DNA of 64,000 nt from an uncultured delta proteobacterium (GTDB lineage: Bacteria > Desulfobacterota > Binatia > UBA9968). Positions 22,009-30,300 of this stretch are shown here, piece by piece. Positions within the stretch are counted from its first letter, which is position 1, and each line of letters opens with the position of its first letter. The position numbers were made by a program, and so were the translations under genes. The notes beneath the pieces were generated by a model, which saw only the letters and a program-made list of their open reading frames with translations, did no database searches and was not told the origin of the DNA. The stretch covers positions 566,756 through 630,755 of the forward strand of contig CAVUZH010000014.1 in assembly GCA_963745835.1 (NCBI GenBank), in the 5' to 3' direction.

Positions 22009-22800
22009 ATGGCCGAAGACACGCAGCGTTTTAGCGATGGCACCGCATATGAGCAGTTCATGGGCCGCTGGACCCGTGCCATCGGTACGATCTTTCTCGA
22101 TTGGCTCACACCGCCGGCTGATGCGCGCTGGCTCGATATCGGTTGTGGCACTGGAGTCTTTACCGATCTTATAGTCAGTACGTGCTCTCCCGCGACAGTA
22201 GTCGCGATCGATCCGTCGGAGCCACAAATCGAAATTGCGCGCAAGAAAGCAATCGCGCAACGCGTGGATTTCCGCGTTGCGGACGTGCAGGAATTACCGT
22301 TCTCAGATAAAGCCTTCGACGTCGTTGTTTCCGCTCTCGTGATTAACTTTATATCGGATCCACCTCAGGCGCTTACTCAAATGTGCCGCGTTTGTCGGCC
22401 CCATGGTGTAATCGCCGGCTATGTTTGGGATTTCGCGGCGCAGCGTGGGCCGGTTGAGCTGATTCGGAACGGATTGCATCAGGTCGGCGCTAAAAATCCG
22501 CCTCACCCGGGCACCGAGCATTCGGGGCTTGATGCATTAACTTCGTTGTTTGCTCGAGCGAAATTAACAGAGATCGGCAGCAGGACGATCGATGTTACGA
22601 TGTCCTTTGCGGATTTCAACGAATTTTGGGTGTCGCAAACGCCTAGTTATACTCCCATGGGCAAGAGGATTGCAGCGCTGTCGGAGACGGATCGTGAGAA
22701 GGTGATTGACTGGGTACGCGCAAGATTGCCAGCTGGCCCCGATGGCCGCATCACTTATTCAGCGCGGGCCAATGCGATCAAGGCGCTTGCACCTGCGTGA
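22009..22800 (+). CDS. class I SAM-dependent methyltransferase (first cassette)
   Basis: YEQFMGRW, WLDIGCGTG and LPFSDKAFDVVVS. Confidence 0.92.
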   Translation: MAEDTQRFSDGTAYEQFMGRWTRAIGTIFLDWLTPPADARWLDIGCGTGVFTDLIVSTCSPATVVAIDPSEPQIEIARKKAIAQRVDFRVADVQELPFSDKAFDVVVSALVINFISDPPQALTQMCRVCRPHGVIAGYVWDFAAQRGPVELIRNGLHQVGAKNPPHPGTEHSGLDALTSLFARAKLTEIGSRTIDVTMSFADFNEFWVSQTPSYTPMGKRIAALSETDREKVIDWVRARLPAGPDGRITYSARANAIKALAPA

Positions 22801-22838
22801 TTTTACCTACGTTCAGGAACTGCGAATTTGCAACGTCC

Positions 22839-22919
22839 GCCTAACAAACGGCTTGAGAAGGACCTTCGACCCGCTCGCTCCGCTCGCTGGCCTCGCCCTC
22901 TCAGCCCGATACGTTAGGC
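22839..22919 (+). repeat. attC site 1
   Basis: GCCTAAC..CGGCTTGAGA...TCTCAGCCCG..GTTAGGC. Confidence 0.9.
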
Positions 22920-23158
22920 GGAGGTAACTTGCGACATGGACGGCATCGTGCTCTCCGCGGGAAACTTCGAGAAGTACATTGATCGACGTCAGCGATAGCG
23001 CATACGCATGATCGAGGGGAGGGTGACGGTCATGTCCGATGTAACTTCGATGCTTGCAGCCAATCTTGTCGAGGCCTTCAAACAACTCAATCAGTTTGTG
23101 ACGCTGGGGCCTTGTAACCTCAATATCGGCTCTAGCGCTTGATTACCAAGAAAAGCCA

Positions 23159-23566
23159 GTGGGTCGCCGGAACGACCCGAGTTCCACGCCTGATGAAAAA
23201 GTGGCGGTCGTGGGAGGCTTTGCCCCTGTATCGCGAGAGGCCGCGCAACTTCTCTTCGTTGGCGTCTCCTACGTAGCCGCACTGATGGGATCCTATTCCC
23301 TGCAGAGCGCCTCGTACATCGTCGGTAGGCTGGGCGTTTCTACACCGATGGTCGAAGCAGCCTGCACCTACTCGAGCGTTGCTACTGGGCCCGTCGGCAT
23401 CCGAGTCGCCGGCGCCGGACTACCGGCCGTATTCGTTGGCCTGGTCATCGGGAGGAAGTGGTGGAGGCTACGCGAGCCCGGCCTGTTCTGGATGCTTGCC
23501 ATCTTCGTCGGTACGTACGCAATTCTTGGCTTCGGCGTGGTCCGCGTGCCATGCACGCCCCATTGA
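23159..23566 (+). CDS. hypothetical membrane protein (degraded cassette region)
   Basis: Three hydrophobic stretches. Start is uncertain. Confidence 0.4.
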   Translation: MGRRNDPSSTPDEKVAVVGGFAPVSREAAQLLFVGVSYVAALMGSYSLQSASYIVGRLGVSTPMVEAACTYSSVATGPVGIRVAGAGLPAVFVGLVIGRKWWRLREPGLFWMLAIFVGTYAILGFGVVRVPCTPH

Positions 23567-23604
23567 CGCTGTTCGAGCTGGCGCTTGCCTCTAGACGCGA
23601 CAAG

Positions 23605-23692
23605 TTCGGGAACGACGTGAGAGCGGACCCGCGGTCTCGGCAGACTGGAAGCCCAACGAGGGCGCTCGCGGCTGAGCACTTGTCCGTTAGCA
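23605..23692 (+). repeat. degenerate attC site 2
   Basis: The right half (CGCGGCTGAGC...GTTAGCA) is recognisable but the left core site is eroded. Confidence 0.5.
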
Positions 23693-23720
23693 CTATGTAA
23701 TGAACGACGTATCCTAATCC

Positions 23721-24376
23721 ATGCAGCATTCCGAGAAATGTGTTTATTGCGGTGACAATCCGAGAATTACCGCTGATCATGTGCCGCCGAAAAGCTTTTT
23801 CCCACAACCGAGACCTTCAAATCTGATCACTGTTCCGGCCTGCCAAAAGTGTAATTCGGATGCTGGGAAGGATGAAGACTATTTTTTAGCAACTTTCATG
23901 TTCAGCGAGGCAGGAATTACTGACGCTGGCAAAACCCTTTGGAAACAACGACTAAATCGGATGTTCCACAAAAATTTAGGTCTCAAACGAAGAATTGCGA
24001 AGGGGTTGTCTTACAGGCCGGTGGTTACACCGACGGGAATTTACTTGGGCCGCCGGATGGGATTGCAATTCGACGAACAACGGTTTGGACGTGTGGTTCA
24101 AAAAATATTCGTGGTCTTTATTACTTTGAATATGGAGAAGCCCTGGCAGCCCGGACCGAAGTAATGACATTATTTTTGAGCACGAAAGCCCGTTTTGAAA
24201 CTGCTGTAGGTTACGCTAGTCAACTTGGTTGGGGGAGGCGACAGTGGCCGGGTATCTTCGAGTACCGTTGCGGTCGCGTGCCTGATGTTCCACAGGAGTC
24301 GGTCTGGCTGATGAGATGTTACACCAATGCTCATTTTTGGGCTATATCTGGACCAGATAAAGCGCTGGAAAAATAA
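23721..24376 (+). CDS. HNH-like nuclease domain protein (frameshift near 24105)
   Basis: CVYC..TADHVPPK..VPACQKCN. The C-terminus continues in ORF 23939-24376 up to the attC. Confidence 0.8.
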
Positions 24377-24377
24377 C

Positions 24378-24435
24378 GCCTAACCAATCGCTTCAGACCG
24401 ATCGCTAAGAGCGCCGCCTGAGCGTGGCGTTAGAC
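24378..24435 (+). repeat. attC site 3
   Basis: GCCTAAC..CGCTTCAG...CTGAGCG..GTTAGAC, 58 bp. Confidence 0.88.
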
Positions 24436-24476
24436 GGCATTCTCTGAGAATCCACTCTCTTCAATAGGAGTAGACG

Positions 24477-25373
24477 ATGAGATTATTCAGTCGAAACGCA
24501 GGGGTGGCGATTCTATGTCTTTTGCTGGTATCCGCGACCGGATTCGCACAGGACAAGTTTTTCGATTCGAACGGGGTGCGCATTCAATATGTGGACCATG
24601 GGAGTGGAGATGCAATCGTCCTGCTTCATGGCGACGGGGGCACACTCAACACCTGGATCGATTCGGGCGTGCTGCCAAATCTGGCACAAGATTACCGAGT
24701 CATCGCTTTTGACACCCGCGGCTCTGGCAAGAGCGGAAAGCCACGCGACGTGAAAGCCTATGGACGCGAGCAGGGCCTGGATGTCATCCGCCTGCTGAAT
24801 CATCTCGGGATTCGAAGAGCACACATCATTGGTTACTCGATGGGGGCGCACACCACGGCGCAATTGTTGACGACTCATGCCGAACGGTTCATTAGCGCCA
24901 CGCTCGGCGGTGCCGCCGGCAGGTTTCGGTGGACCGACGAACAGGCTGCGGGTGCGGAGCAAGAGGCGTCGGAAAGCGAGCGTGAGTGTGTGAGTCGCAG
25001 CCAGATTTACCGCCTTGCGCCCACCAATGCACCCAAGCCGGACGAGGAGGCGATCAGGCGGTTGTCAGCGGTGTGTATGGCTAATCCCAACGAAGATCGA
25101 TTTGCACGGGCGGCACGGACGCGCTCACGGAAGGATTACGTCATCACGCCCACACAGGTCGCAAGCGTGAAAGTGCCGACTCTCGGTATCGTCGGTAGTC
25201 TCGATGGATACCTGACGGATTTTCAGGAATTGAGGAAGTTGCGGCCGGAAGTGAAGCTCGTGGTCATCGATGGTGCCACGCATGGTGGGGCTCGTTGGGC
25301 GGGTCGTCGACCCGAGTTCATCGCCGCCGTTCGCGAGTTCATCGGCTCGAATCGAACTCCATCGTCGCATTGA
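24477..25373 (+). CDS. secreted alpha/beta hydrolase
   Basis: Signal peptide, VLLHG, FDTRGSGKS and GYSMG nucleophile elbow. Confidence 0.92.
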   Translation: MRLFSRNAGVAILCLLLVSATGFAQDKFFDSNGVRIQYVDHGSGDAIVLLHGDGGTLNTWIDSGVLPNLAQDYRVIAFDTRGSGKSGKPRDVKAYGREQGLDVIRLLNHLGIRRAHIIGYSMGAHTTAQLLTTHAERFISATLGGAAGRFRWTDEQAAGAEQEASESERECVSRSQIYRLAPTNAPKPDEEAIRRLSAVCMANPNEDRFARAARTRSRKDYVITPTQVASVKVPTLGIVGSLDGYLTDFQELRKLRPEVKLVVIDGATHGGARWAGRRPEFIAAVREFIGSNRTPSSH

Positions 25374-25380
25374 ACGAACC

Positions 25381-25447
25381 GTGTAACCACCGGCTGGAGA
25401 GTGACGCTCCGCGAGCGCAGCGGGCATCTCACCCGGACACGTTAGAC
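25381..25447 (+). repeat. attC site 4
   Basis: GTGTAAC..CCGGCTGGAGA...TCTCACCCGG..GTTAGAC. Confidence 0.85.
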
Positions 25448-25461
25448 GTTATCCTGAAAAG

Positions 25462-25935
25462 ATGGAACGCTGTGTGTTTCTTTATTTGCTCGCCTTCTCT
25501 GCTAGTGGGATGTGGTCGAGCCGAGTACTCGGCAGAATACAATATTCCAGACACGGAGCTCACCTTGCGAATCGACTTAAAGCAGATAAATCCGCCGCTT
25601 GCTGAGTACGAGAGGAGCCCTCGTCGTCATTCGCGCTGGATCGCTTCTTCAGAGTGTAGTGCTGACTTCCGATATAGGAGGATACAGCCTTCTCAACCTT
25701 TACAAACTGCCGAGCGGTGAGTACGTTTTGGATTATGACGGCAATCCTGACTATCGTATTGATCCAAGAACTGGAACGGTACACGCCAAGTTGAGAGGAA
25801 TACCTATAGGTGAACCGGACAGGCCACTCAGAGGAATCTATATTGGTGCGTGATTTCGACCACCACTATGTATGGCAATTTTGTCCGGCTTCGCTGCGCG
25901 CCGAACGCAAAGTTGGACTGCCTTATGCGCCGTAA
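25462..25935 (+). CDS. putative lipoprotein cassette, multiple frameshifts
   Basis: The LLVGC lipobox fragment and collinear fragments fill the space between attC4 and attC5. Confidence 0.6.
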
Positions 25936-26023
25936 GTCTAACCCGCGCCTTAAGACTGATGTCGAGAATGCTCGCCTTTAAGGCTCGCTTCTTTCGCCAC
26001 GGCTTAGCCGCATCGAGTTAGAC
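25936..26023 (+). repeat. attC site 5
   Basis: GTCTAAC...GCTTAGCCGC..GTTAGAC. Similar to attC6 and attC9. Confidence 0.88.
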
Positions 26024-26027
26024 CTCG

Positions 26028-26816
26028 ATGTCGTTCAAAGGAGGACAAGTGACTTGTTATGCGGTACATCTCGGCGATTGTGCAGGAGGTCTCTCCAAGG
26101 AGCACTACGTGTCGGCGTCGGTTCTGGAGATCGCGGGGACGGCTGTTCAAGTTACGGGCTTTCCATGGCAACCGGGGGGTGAGACGGCGCAAATCGGTAC
26201 TGCTTCGCTCGCGGCAAAAATCTTATGCAAGCATCATAACGAACAGCTCTCGCCTCTTGATTCGGTCGCGAAAGTATTTCTTTCTGGCCTGAAGGCGAGC
26301 TTTCAAGAGGCATCCGAGAATCGGTTGTCGAATAGCACGTATCAAACTTCCGGCAGCTCCTTCGAGCTTTGGTTACTCAAAGTTCTCTGCGGATTACTGC
26401 CACTTTGGAAGGTCGCTGTCCCGCACACGTGGGTCGACATTCTTTTCCAGCGGAATCCCTGGCCCCCCGAAGCCGGGTTGCACATTTTCGGAACTCCTGG
26501 GGTTGCTAGCTGGTACTTTACACTTGTCAGGGTAATGTCGGTTATGGCTACAGAGGACCCGAGCCGAATTGCAGGAGCGAAGTTCGGGATCGGAGGACTC
26601 GCGCTGCTTCTCGCCTTGGGCACACCTAGGTTTACCGAGCCAGGTATGCAAGCGTTGTATAGGCCAGCAGGCTTATTAATTGAGAGAGACGGAAAACAGA
26701 ATGAGCATGTGCTGTCGTGGGATGATCACGGCGCACATGGGACCATGAACCTCCGAATAACCGGCGAGATAGCGAGCGGGGTGGGACCTCGGCCAATCGT
26801 TGAGCCGGCAGGCTAA
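26028..26816 (+). CDS. hypothetical protein with HNH-like motif
   Basis: CY....C...SKEHYVS and KILCKHHNEQLSPLD. Confidence 0.75.
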   Translation: MSFKGGQVTCYAVHLGDCAGGLSKEHYVSASVLEIAGTAVQVTGFPWQPGGETAQIGTASLAAKILCKHHNEQLSPLDSVAKVFLSGLKASFQEASENRLSNSTYQTSGSSFELWLLKVLCGLLPLWKVAVPHTWVDILFQRNPWPPEAGLHIFGTPGVASWYFTLVRVMSVMATEDPSRIAGAKFGIGGLALLLALGTPRFTEPGMQALYRPAGLLIERDGKQNEHVLSWDDHGAHGTMNLRITGEIASGVGPRPIVEPAG

Positions 26817-26891
26817 CATGAAGACCGATGTCGAAACCGCTCGCCTTCAAGGCTCGCTTGTTCATCACGAATTAGCCGCATGGCGTTAGCT
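26811..26891 (+). repeat. attC site 6
   Basis: GGCTAAC...ATTAGCCGC..GTTAGCT. The left arm is shortened relative to attC5 and attC9. Confidence 0.8.
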
Positions 26892-26894
26892 TTT

Positions 26895-27275
26895 ATGGAT
26901 GACATTGCCGGTAAGATGAGAATCCCTGACTGGGAGTTCAGAGTTGTCATAGGAACGACGAAAATCGATTATGATCTAGATAAGGAATACTCGAATCGCG
27001 AGAAGCATGGCTATTCTCTTGCGAGCGCCGTTTCGCTGCTTGAGCGAATCGTGTTCCCGTTTGGAGAATCGCTACCGAGCATGACCAGCGATGGCTTCAT
27101 GGAAGGAGGTGAGGTTCGCCACATGCACATGAGCGTGGATGACTCATACAACGTAGTACTTATGGTGACGACCATGCGCGACGATGAAACCGTGAGGATC
27201 ATTTCTTTTCGTCGAGCGAGTGAGGAAGAACGTGAGCAGTTCTATCAGAACACGGGCTTTCGGGAGCGCGTATAG
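26895..27275 (+). CDS. BrnT-like (DUF497) ribonuclease toxin
   Basis: DYDLDKEYSNREKHGYSL...VRIISFRRAS. Confidence 0.8.
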   Translation: MDDIAGKMRIPDWEFRVVIGTTKIDYDLDKEYSNREKHGYSLASAVSLLERIVFPFGESLPSMTSDGFMEGGEVRHMHMSVDDSYNVVLMVTTMRDDETVRIISFRRASEEEREQFYQNTGFRERV

Positions 27276-27276
27276 A

Positions 27277-27361
27277 AGCTAACCCGCGCTGGAGCCGACC
27301 GCGAGATCCAGTGATAGATGGCTCAATTGTACACTAGCGGCTCAGCGGCATAACGTTAGAC
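27277..27361 (+). repeat. attC site 7
   Basis: AGCTAAC..CGCTGGAGCCG...CGGCTCAGCG..GTTAGAC. Confidence 0.87.
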
Positions 27362-27377
27362 TCAGGGGAGTGGCACT

Positions 27378-28259
27378 ATGCCTTTCAGCTACGTCCAATT
27401 CATGACCGAATTAATGGCCCCCAAACGTTATCCGCGGCAACCCGTTTTTGCACCACCCGGGCTGACCCCGTTACGTAAGTCGATTTCCCGATCAACCATC
27501 GGCATCTTCACCAGTGCTGGCATTCAACTTCGCAGCGATACGCCTTTGGCTGAGACCAATGACCTCTCCTACCGCCTCATTGATCGCGCCGTTCCTTACT
27601 CGGACCTAACTCTCGCCCACCAGACTCCCGTCAGGGTTTGGGCGCTGGAAGATTTAAATGTTGCGTTTCCGCGAGAACGGCTCGCCGATCTTGAAGCCGA
27701 GGGAACTATCGGCCGCTTGGCGTCGCGAGCTGTCTCCATGGTGGGCTCGATCACAACATTTACGGGGTTACTGGAAAAAGTCGTGCCTGCAATTCAACGA
27801 GAACTCGAGGACCAGGGTGTCGATCTGCTTTTTCTATTTCCTTTTTGACCCGCATATCATCGGTCCGTCGGACTGATCGCGAGAGCGCTCGAAGCAAGAG
27901 GATTGCCCACCTTGTGTATGAGCACCCTTTGGGAAAACAGCATGGCGTTTAAGCCGCCGCGCACGGTTTTTCTCGATTTTCCGCTGGGCTGCCCTGCTGG
28001 GAAACCGAATGAACCTGAATTGCAGCGCATGATCCTGCGTGCGGCTCTGGAAGCAGCACCTCTTTTTGGCGAGCCCTGGAGGATCGCGCAACTTCCTTTT
28101 CAATGGTCCGAGGACGGTAATCGGGATTGGGAAGAACGCGTTAGAGAACTCTATCGTAAAGGTTTAGGAACTGTGGAGGCCCATGTGGCCGATCATCAGG
28201 CGAAGGGCGAGTCTCTCGTCGGTCAAGAAAAGGAATTCGCAATTCGGTGTAATTGCTAA
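27378..28259 (+). CDS. glycine/sarcosine/betaine/D-proline reductase selenoprotein B-like protein with in-frame TGA (Sec157)
   Basis: ORFs 27378-27848 and 27903-28259 share a frame. Motifs IGIFTSAG, DLNVAFP, PF-TGA-PAYHRSVGLIARALEARGLPT and PPRTVFLDFPLG. Confidence 0.88.
27859..27877 (+). promoter_or_regulatory. candidate bacterial SECIS hairpin
   Basis: ATCGGTCC-GTC-GGACTGAT starts 10 nt after the TGA (27846-27848). Confidence 0.7.
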
Positions 28260-28293
28260 AAACCCGGGCTAAAGTCCGTTTATCAACAGACTT

Positions 28294-28375
28294 GTCTAAC
28301 AATCGGCTTGAGACAGACTTTCGGACCCGCTCGGCTTTGCTCGCTGGCCGCGAACTGCTCATCCTTGCGTTAGAC
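28294..28375 (+). repeat. attC site 8
   Basis: GTCTAAC..GGCTTGAG...CTCATCC..GTTAGAC. Similar to attC1. Confidence 0.85.
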
Positions 28376-28416
28376 AGAGAACGGCCGTGCGGTATGCTTC
28401 CCTGAGTCGAAGGTTT

Positions 28417-28631
28417 ATGAAGAATGAGTTTACCGCGATCATCGAACGCAATGGAGATTGGTATATCGCCTATGTCCTGAGATTCCTGGCGCAAATGGGC
28501 AGGCTCGAACCAAGGATGAAGCTCGGGAAAATTTAGCCGAAGCTATCGAACTGATTCTTGAGGACCGGCGAGAGGATGCGCTCCGTGGAGTTCCGCCCGA
28601 CGCGATTCGCGAGACCGTTACGCTCAAATGA
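28417..28631 (+). CDS. hicB: HicB-like antitoxin (1-nt frameshift near 28473)
   Basis: MKNEFTAIIERNGDWYIAY / PEIPGANGQARTKDEARENLAEAIELIL. Confidence 0.8.
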
Positions 28632-28801
28632 AACGGAGCACGCTGCTCCAGCACTTGCGCAGGCACGGCTGTTCTCACTCGTTCTGGACGAACCCAGCGA
28701 GCGGCGCCGTGGAAGCGATCCCGCGTCACACCGAGATTTCCAACCGCCTTGCCAGGAAAATTTGTCGAAGTCTTTCCATACCGCAAATTGGCGAGGAGTA
28801 A
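28628..28801 (+). CDS. hicA: HicA-like toxin, apparently with a short in-frame deletion
   Basis: MKRSTLLQHLRRHGC-SHSFWTNP..EAIPRHTEISNRLARKICRSL. ATGA overlap with hicB. Confidence 0.78.
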   Translation: MKRSTLLQHLRRHGCSHSFWTNPASGAVEAIPRHTEISNRLARKICRSLSIPQIGEE

Positions 28802-28806
28802 TTCCC

Positions 28807-28893
28807 GTCTAACCCGCGGCTTAAGAACGATGTCGAAACCGCTTACCTTCAAGGCTCACTTGTTCATCACGGCTTAGCCGCAGCGCGTTATAC
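28807..28893 (+). repeat. attC site 9
   Basis: GTCTAAC..GCGGCTTAAG...CTTAGCCGC..GTTATAC. Confidence 0.88.
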
Positions 28894-28912
28894 GCTACTT
28901 TGATTCTTCTCT

Positions 28913-29539
28913 ATGATCCCGCTTGATTTCCTCTCCGTGTATTTCACAGCATCGCTCTTATTGGCCCTAGCACCGGGACCCGACAACATGTTCGTTTTGA
29001 CGCAAGCTGCGATTCGAGGGTGGCGTGCGGGACTGGCGATTACCATTGGCTTGTGCACGGGTTTGTTGGTGCATACCGCCGCAGTGGCGTTCGGAGTTGC
29101 CGCAATTTTTCAAGCATCTACGGTTGCGTTCACCGGCCTCAAGTTAATCGGAGCGGCATATCTTTTGTATCTGGCATGGCAAGCTTTTCATGCTCCCGCC
29201 GAATCGCTGGAACTTACGACTGGACCGGCTATGGCGCTTTTTCCTTTGTATCGCCGCGGAATTGTCATGAACATTACCAATCCGAAAGTGTCAATTTTCT
29301 TTTTGGCCTTCTTGCCTCAGTTCGCCGATCCTTCTCGAGGATTGTTAGCATTTCAAATGATTGTCCTGGGGATCGTTTTTATGATTGCGGCGGTATTGGT
29401 TTTTACTTTTATTAGCGTGATGGCCGGTGCCATAGGGAGCCGACTACGGAGCAGGCCATCTGTTCAGATCTACATGAATAAGATCGCAGGAGTCATATTT
29501 GCGGCGCTAGCCGTTAAACTAGCTTTTGCAAAGAGATAG
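28913..29539 (+). CDS. LysE/RhtB family translocator
   Basis: APGPDNMFV and NITNPKVSIFFLAFLPQF. Confidence 0.93.
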   Translation: MIPLDFLSVYFTASLLLALAPGPDNMFVLTQAAIRGWRAGLAITIGLCTGLLVHTAAVAFGVAAIFQASTVAFTGLKLIGAAYLLYLAWQAFHAPAESLELTTGPAMALFPLYRRGIVMNITNPKVSIFFLAFLPQFADPSRGLLAFQMIVLGIVFMIAAVLVFTFISVMAGAIGSRLRSRPSVQIYMNKIAGVIFAALAVKLAFAKR

Positions 29540-29540
29540 C

Positions 29541-29592
29541 GTATAACATTCGATCGAGCCGACGAGACCGCGGGTCATCGTTAACGTTAGCC
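29541..29592 (+). repeat. attC site 10 (short)
   Basis: GTATAAC..CGATCGAGCCG...CGGGTCATCG..GTTAGCC, 52 bp. Confidence 0.78.
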
Positions 29593-29608
29593 GGACAAGA
29601 GACAGAAT

Positions 29609-30160
29609 GTGGAACCCCTAATTGATGCCATTCAGAGAGACCTGCTAGATCCCAAGACCCTTATCGGAGCGTTGGTTTGGGGCGTCGTGTTCATTGGTAT
29701 TGCGGCCGTACTAGCGGCCGGGGTTCGCAAGTTTGCTCAGCGCGTCGAGTCACACCTGTCGGACGTTACTGGACTTCGATTTACCAGCGCATTTGCCCAG
29801 GTGGTGGTATACGTGGTGGCGTTTATCTTGTATAGCCATCTCATCCCTGAGCTGCGCACACTTGGAACAACACTTCTCACGGGCGTCGGCATCGCTTCTG
29901 TGGTTCTTGGTCTTGCTGCCCAGAATACGCTGGGCAATCTGGTCGCAGGAGTATCGCTGGTGCTTTACAGGCCCATCCGAATAGGCGACAACCTGCAGCT
30001 GAATACTCCAAGGGGGCTAACGACTGCGACTGTGGGGGTGATCTCTCTCGGTTATACTGTTCTTCGTGATGCTGACAGCCACGAGATAATTGTCCCTAAC
30101 AGCGTGATGGGTAGCAGCGTAGTCATTCGGCTCAGTGGATATTCCAATACCGCCGGCTAA
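29609..30160 (+). CDS. MscS-family mechanosensitive channel (short form)
   Basis: VLGLAAQNTLGNLVAG, RPIRIGD and IIVPNS. Confidence 0.88.
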   Translation: MEPLIDAIQRDLLDPKTLIGALVWGVVFIGIAAVLAAGVRKFAQRVESHLSDVTGLRFTSAFAQVVVYVVAFILYSHLIPELRTLGTTLLTGVGIASVVLGLAAQNTLGNLVAGVSLVLYRPIRIGDNLQLNTPRGLTTATVGVISLGYTVLRDADSHEIIVPNSVMGSSVVIRLSGYSNTAG

Positions 30161-30225
30161 TAAGGCGCTGCAGCTGACGGCCAACCCGCTACGCGGCATG
30201 TCCGCAGCTGACTTGATCGTTTACG
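30155..30225 (+). repeat. attC site 11 (degenerate cores)
   Basis: GGCTAAT..GCTGCAGCTGACGG...CCGCAGCTGA..GTTTACG. Confidence 0.7.
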
Positions 30226-30300
30226 CGGACGTGAACAATAGTGAACGAGAGTACATTGGAGAGGTGTCTTCATTGTTGGCGGGAAACGCCGTCAGCTCGC

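Larger units (their letters stand above)
21908..30225 (+). mobile_element. integron gene-cassette array (integrase-deficient, CALIN-like)
   Basis: 11 attC sites (RYYYAAC...GTTRRRY imperfect palindromes) separate mostly single, co-oriented genes. Confidence 0.93.

Noticed and set aside
25845-25860. TGA ending ORF 25599-25853 as read-through
   Set aside because: The plausible continuation (DFDHHYVWQF...) is in a different frame, so it is an indel, and I saw no SECIS-like hairpin.
28439-28852. Minus-strand 137-aa ORF in the cassette
   Set aside because: It is the antisense shadow of the hicB-hicA pair and extends into attC9.
22839-30225. Regularly recurring repeats read as a CRISPR array
   Set aside because: The repeats are variable 52-90 bp imperfect palindromes separated by whole genes, which fits attC sites. 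There are no cas genes.
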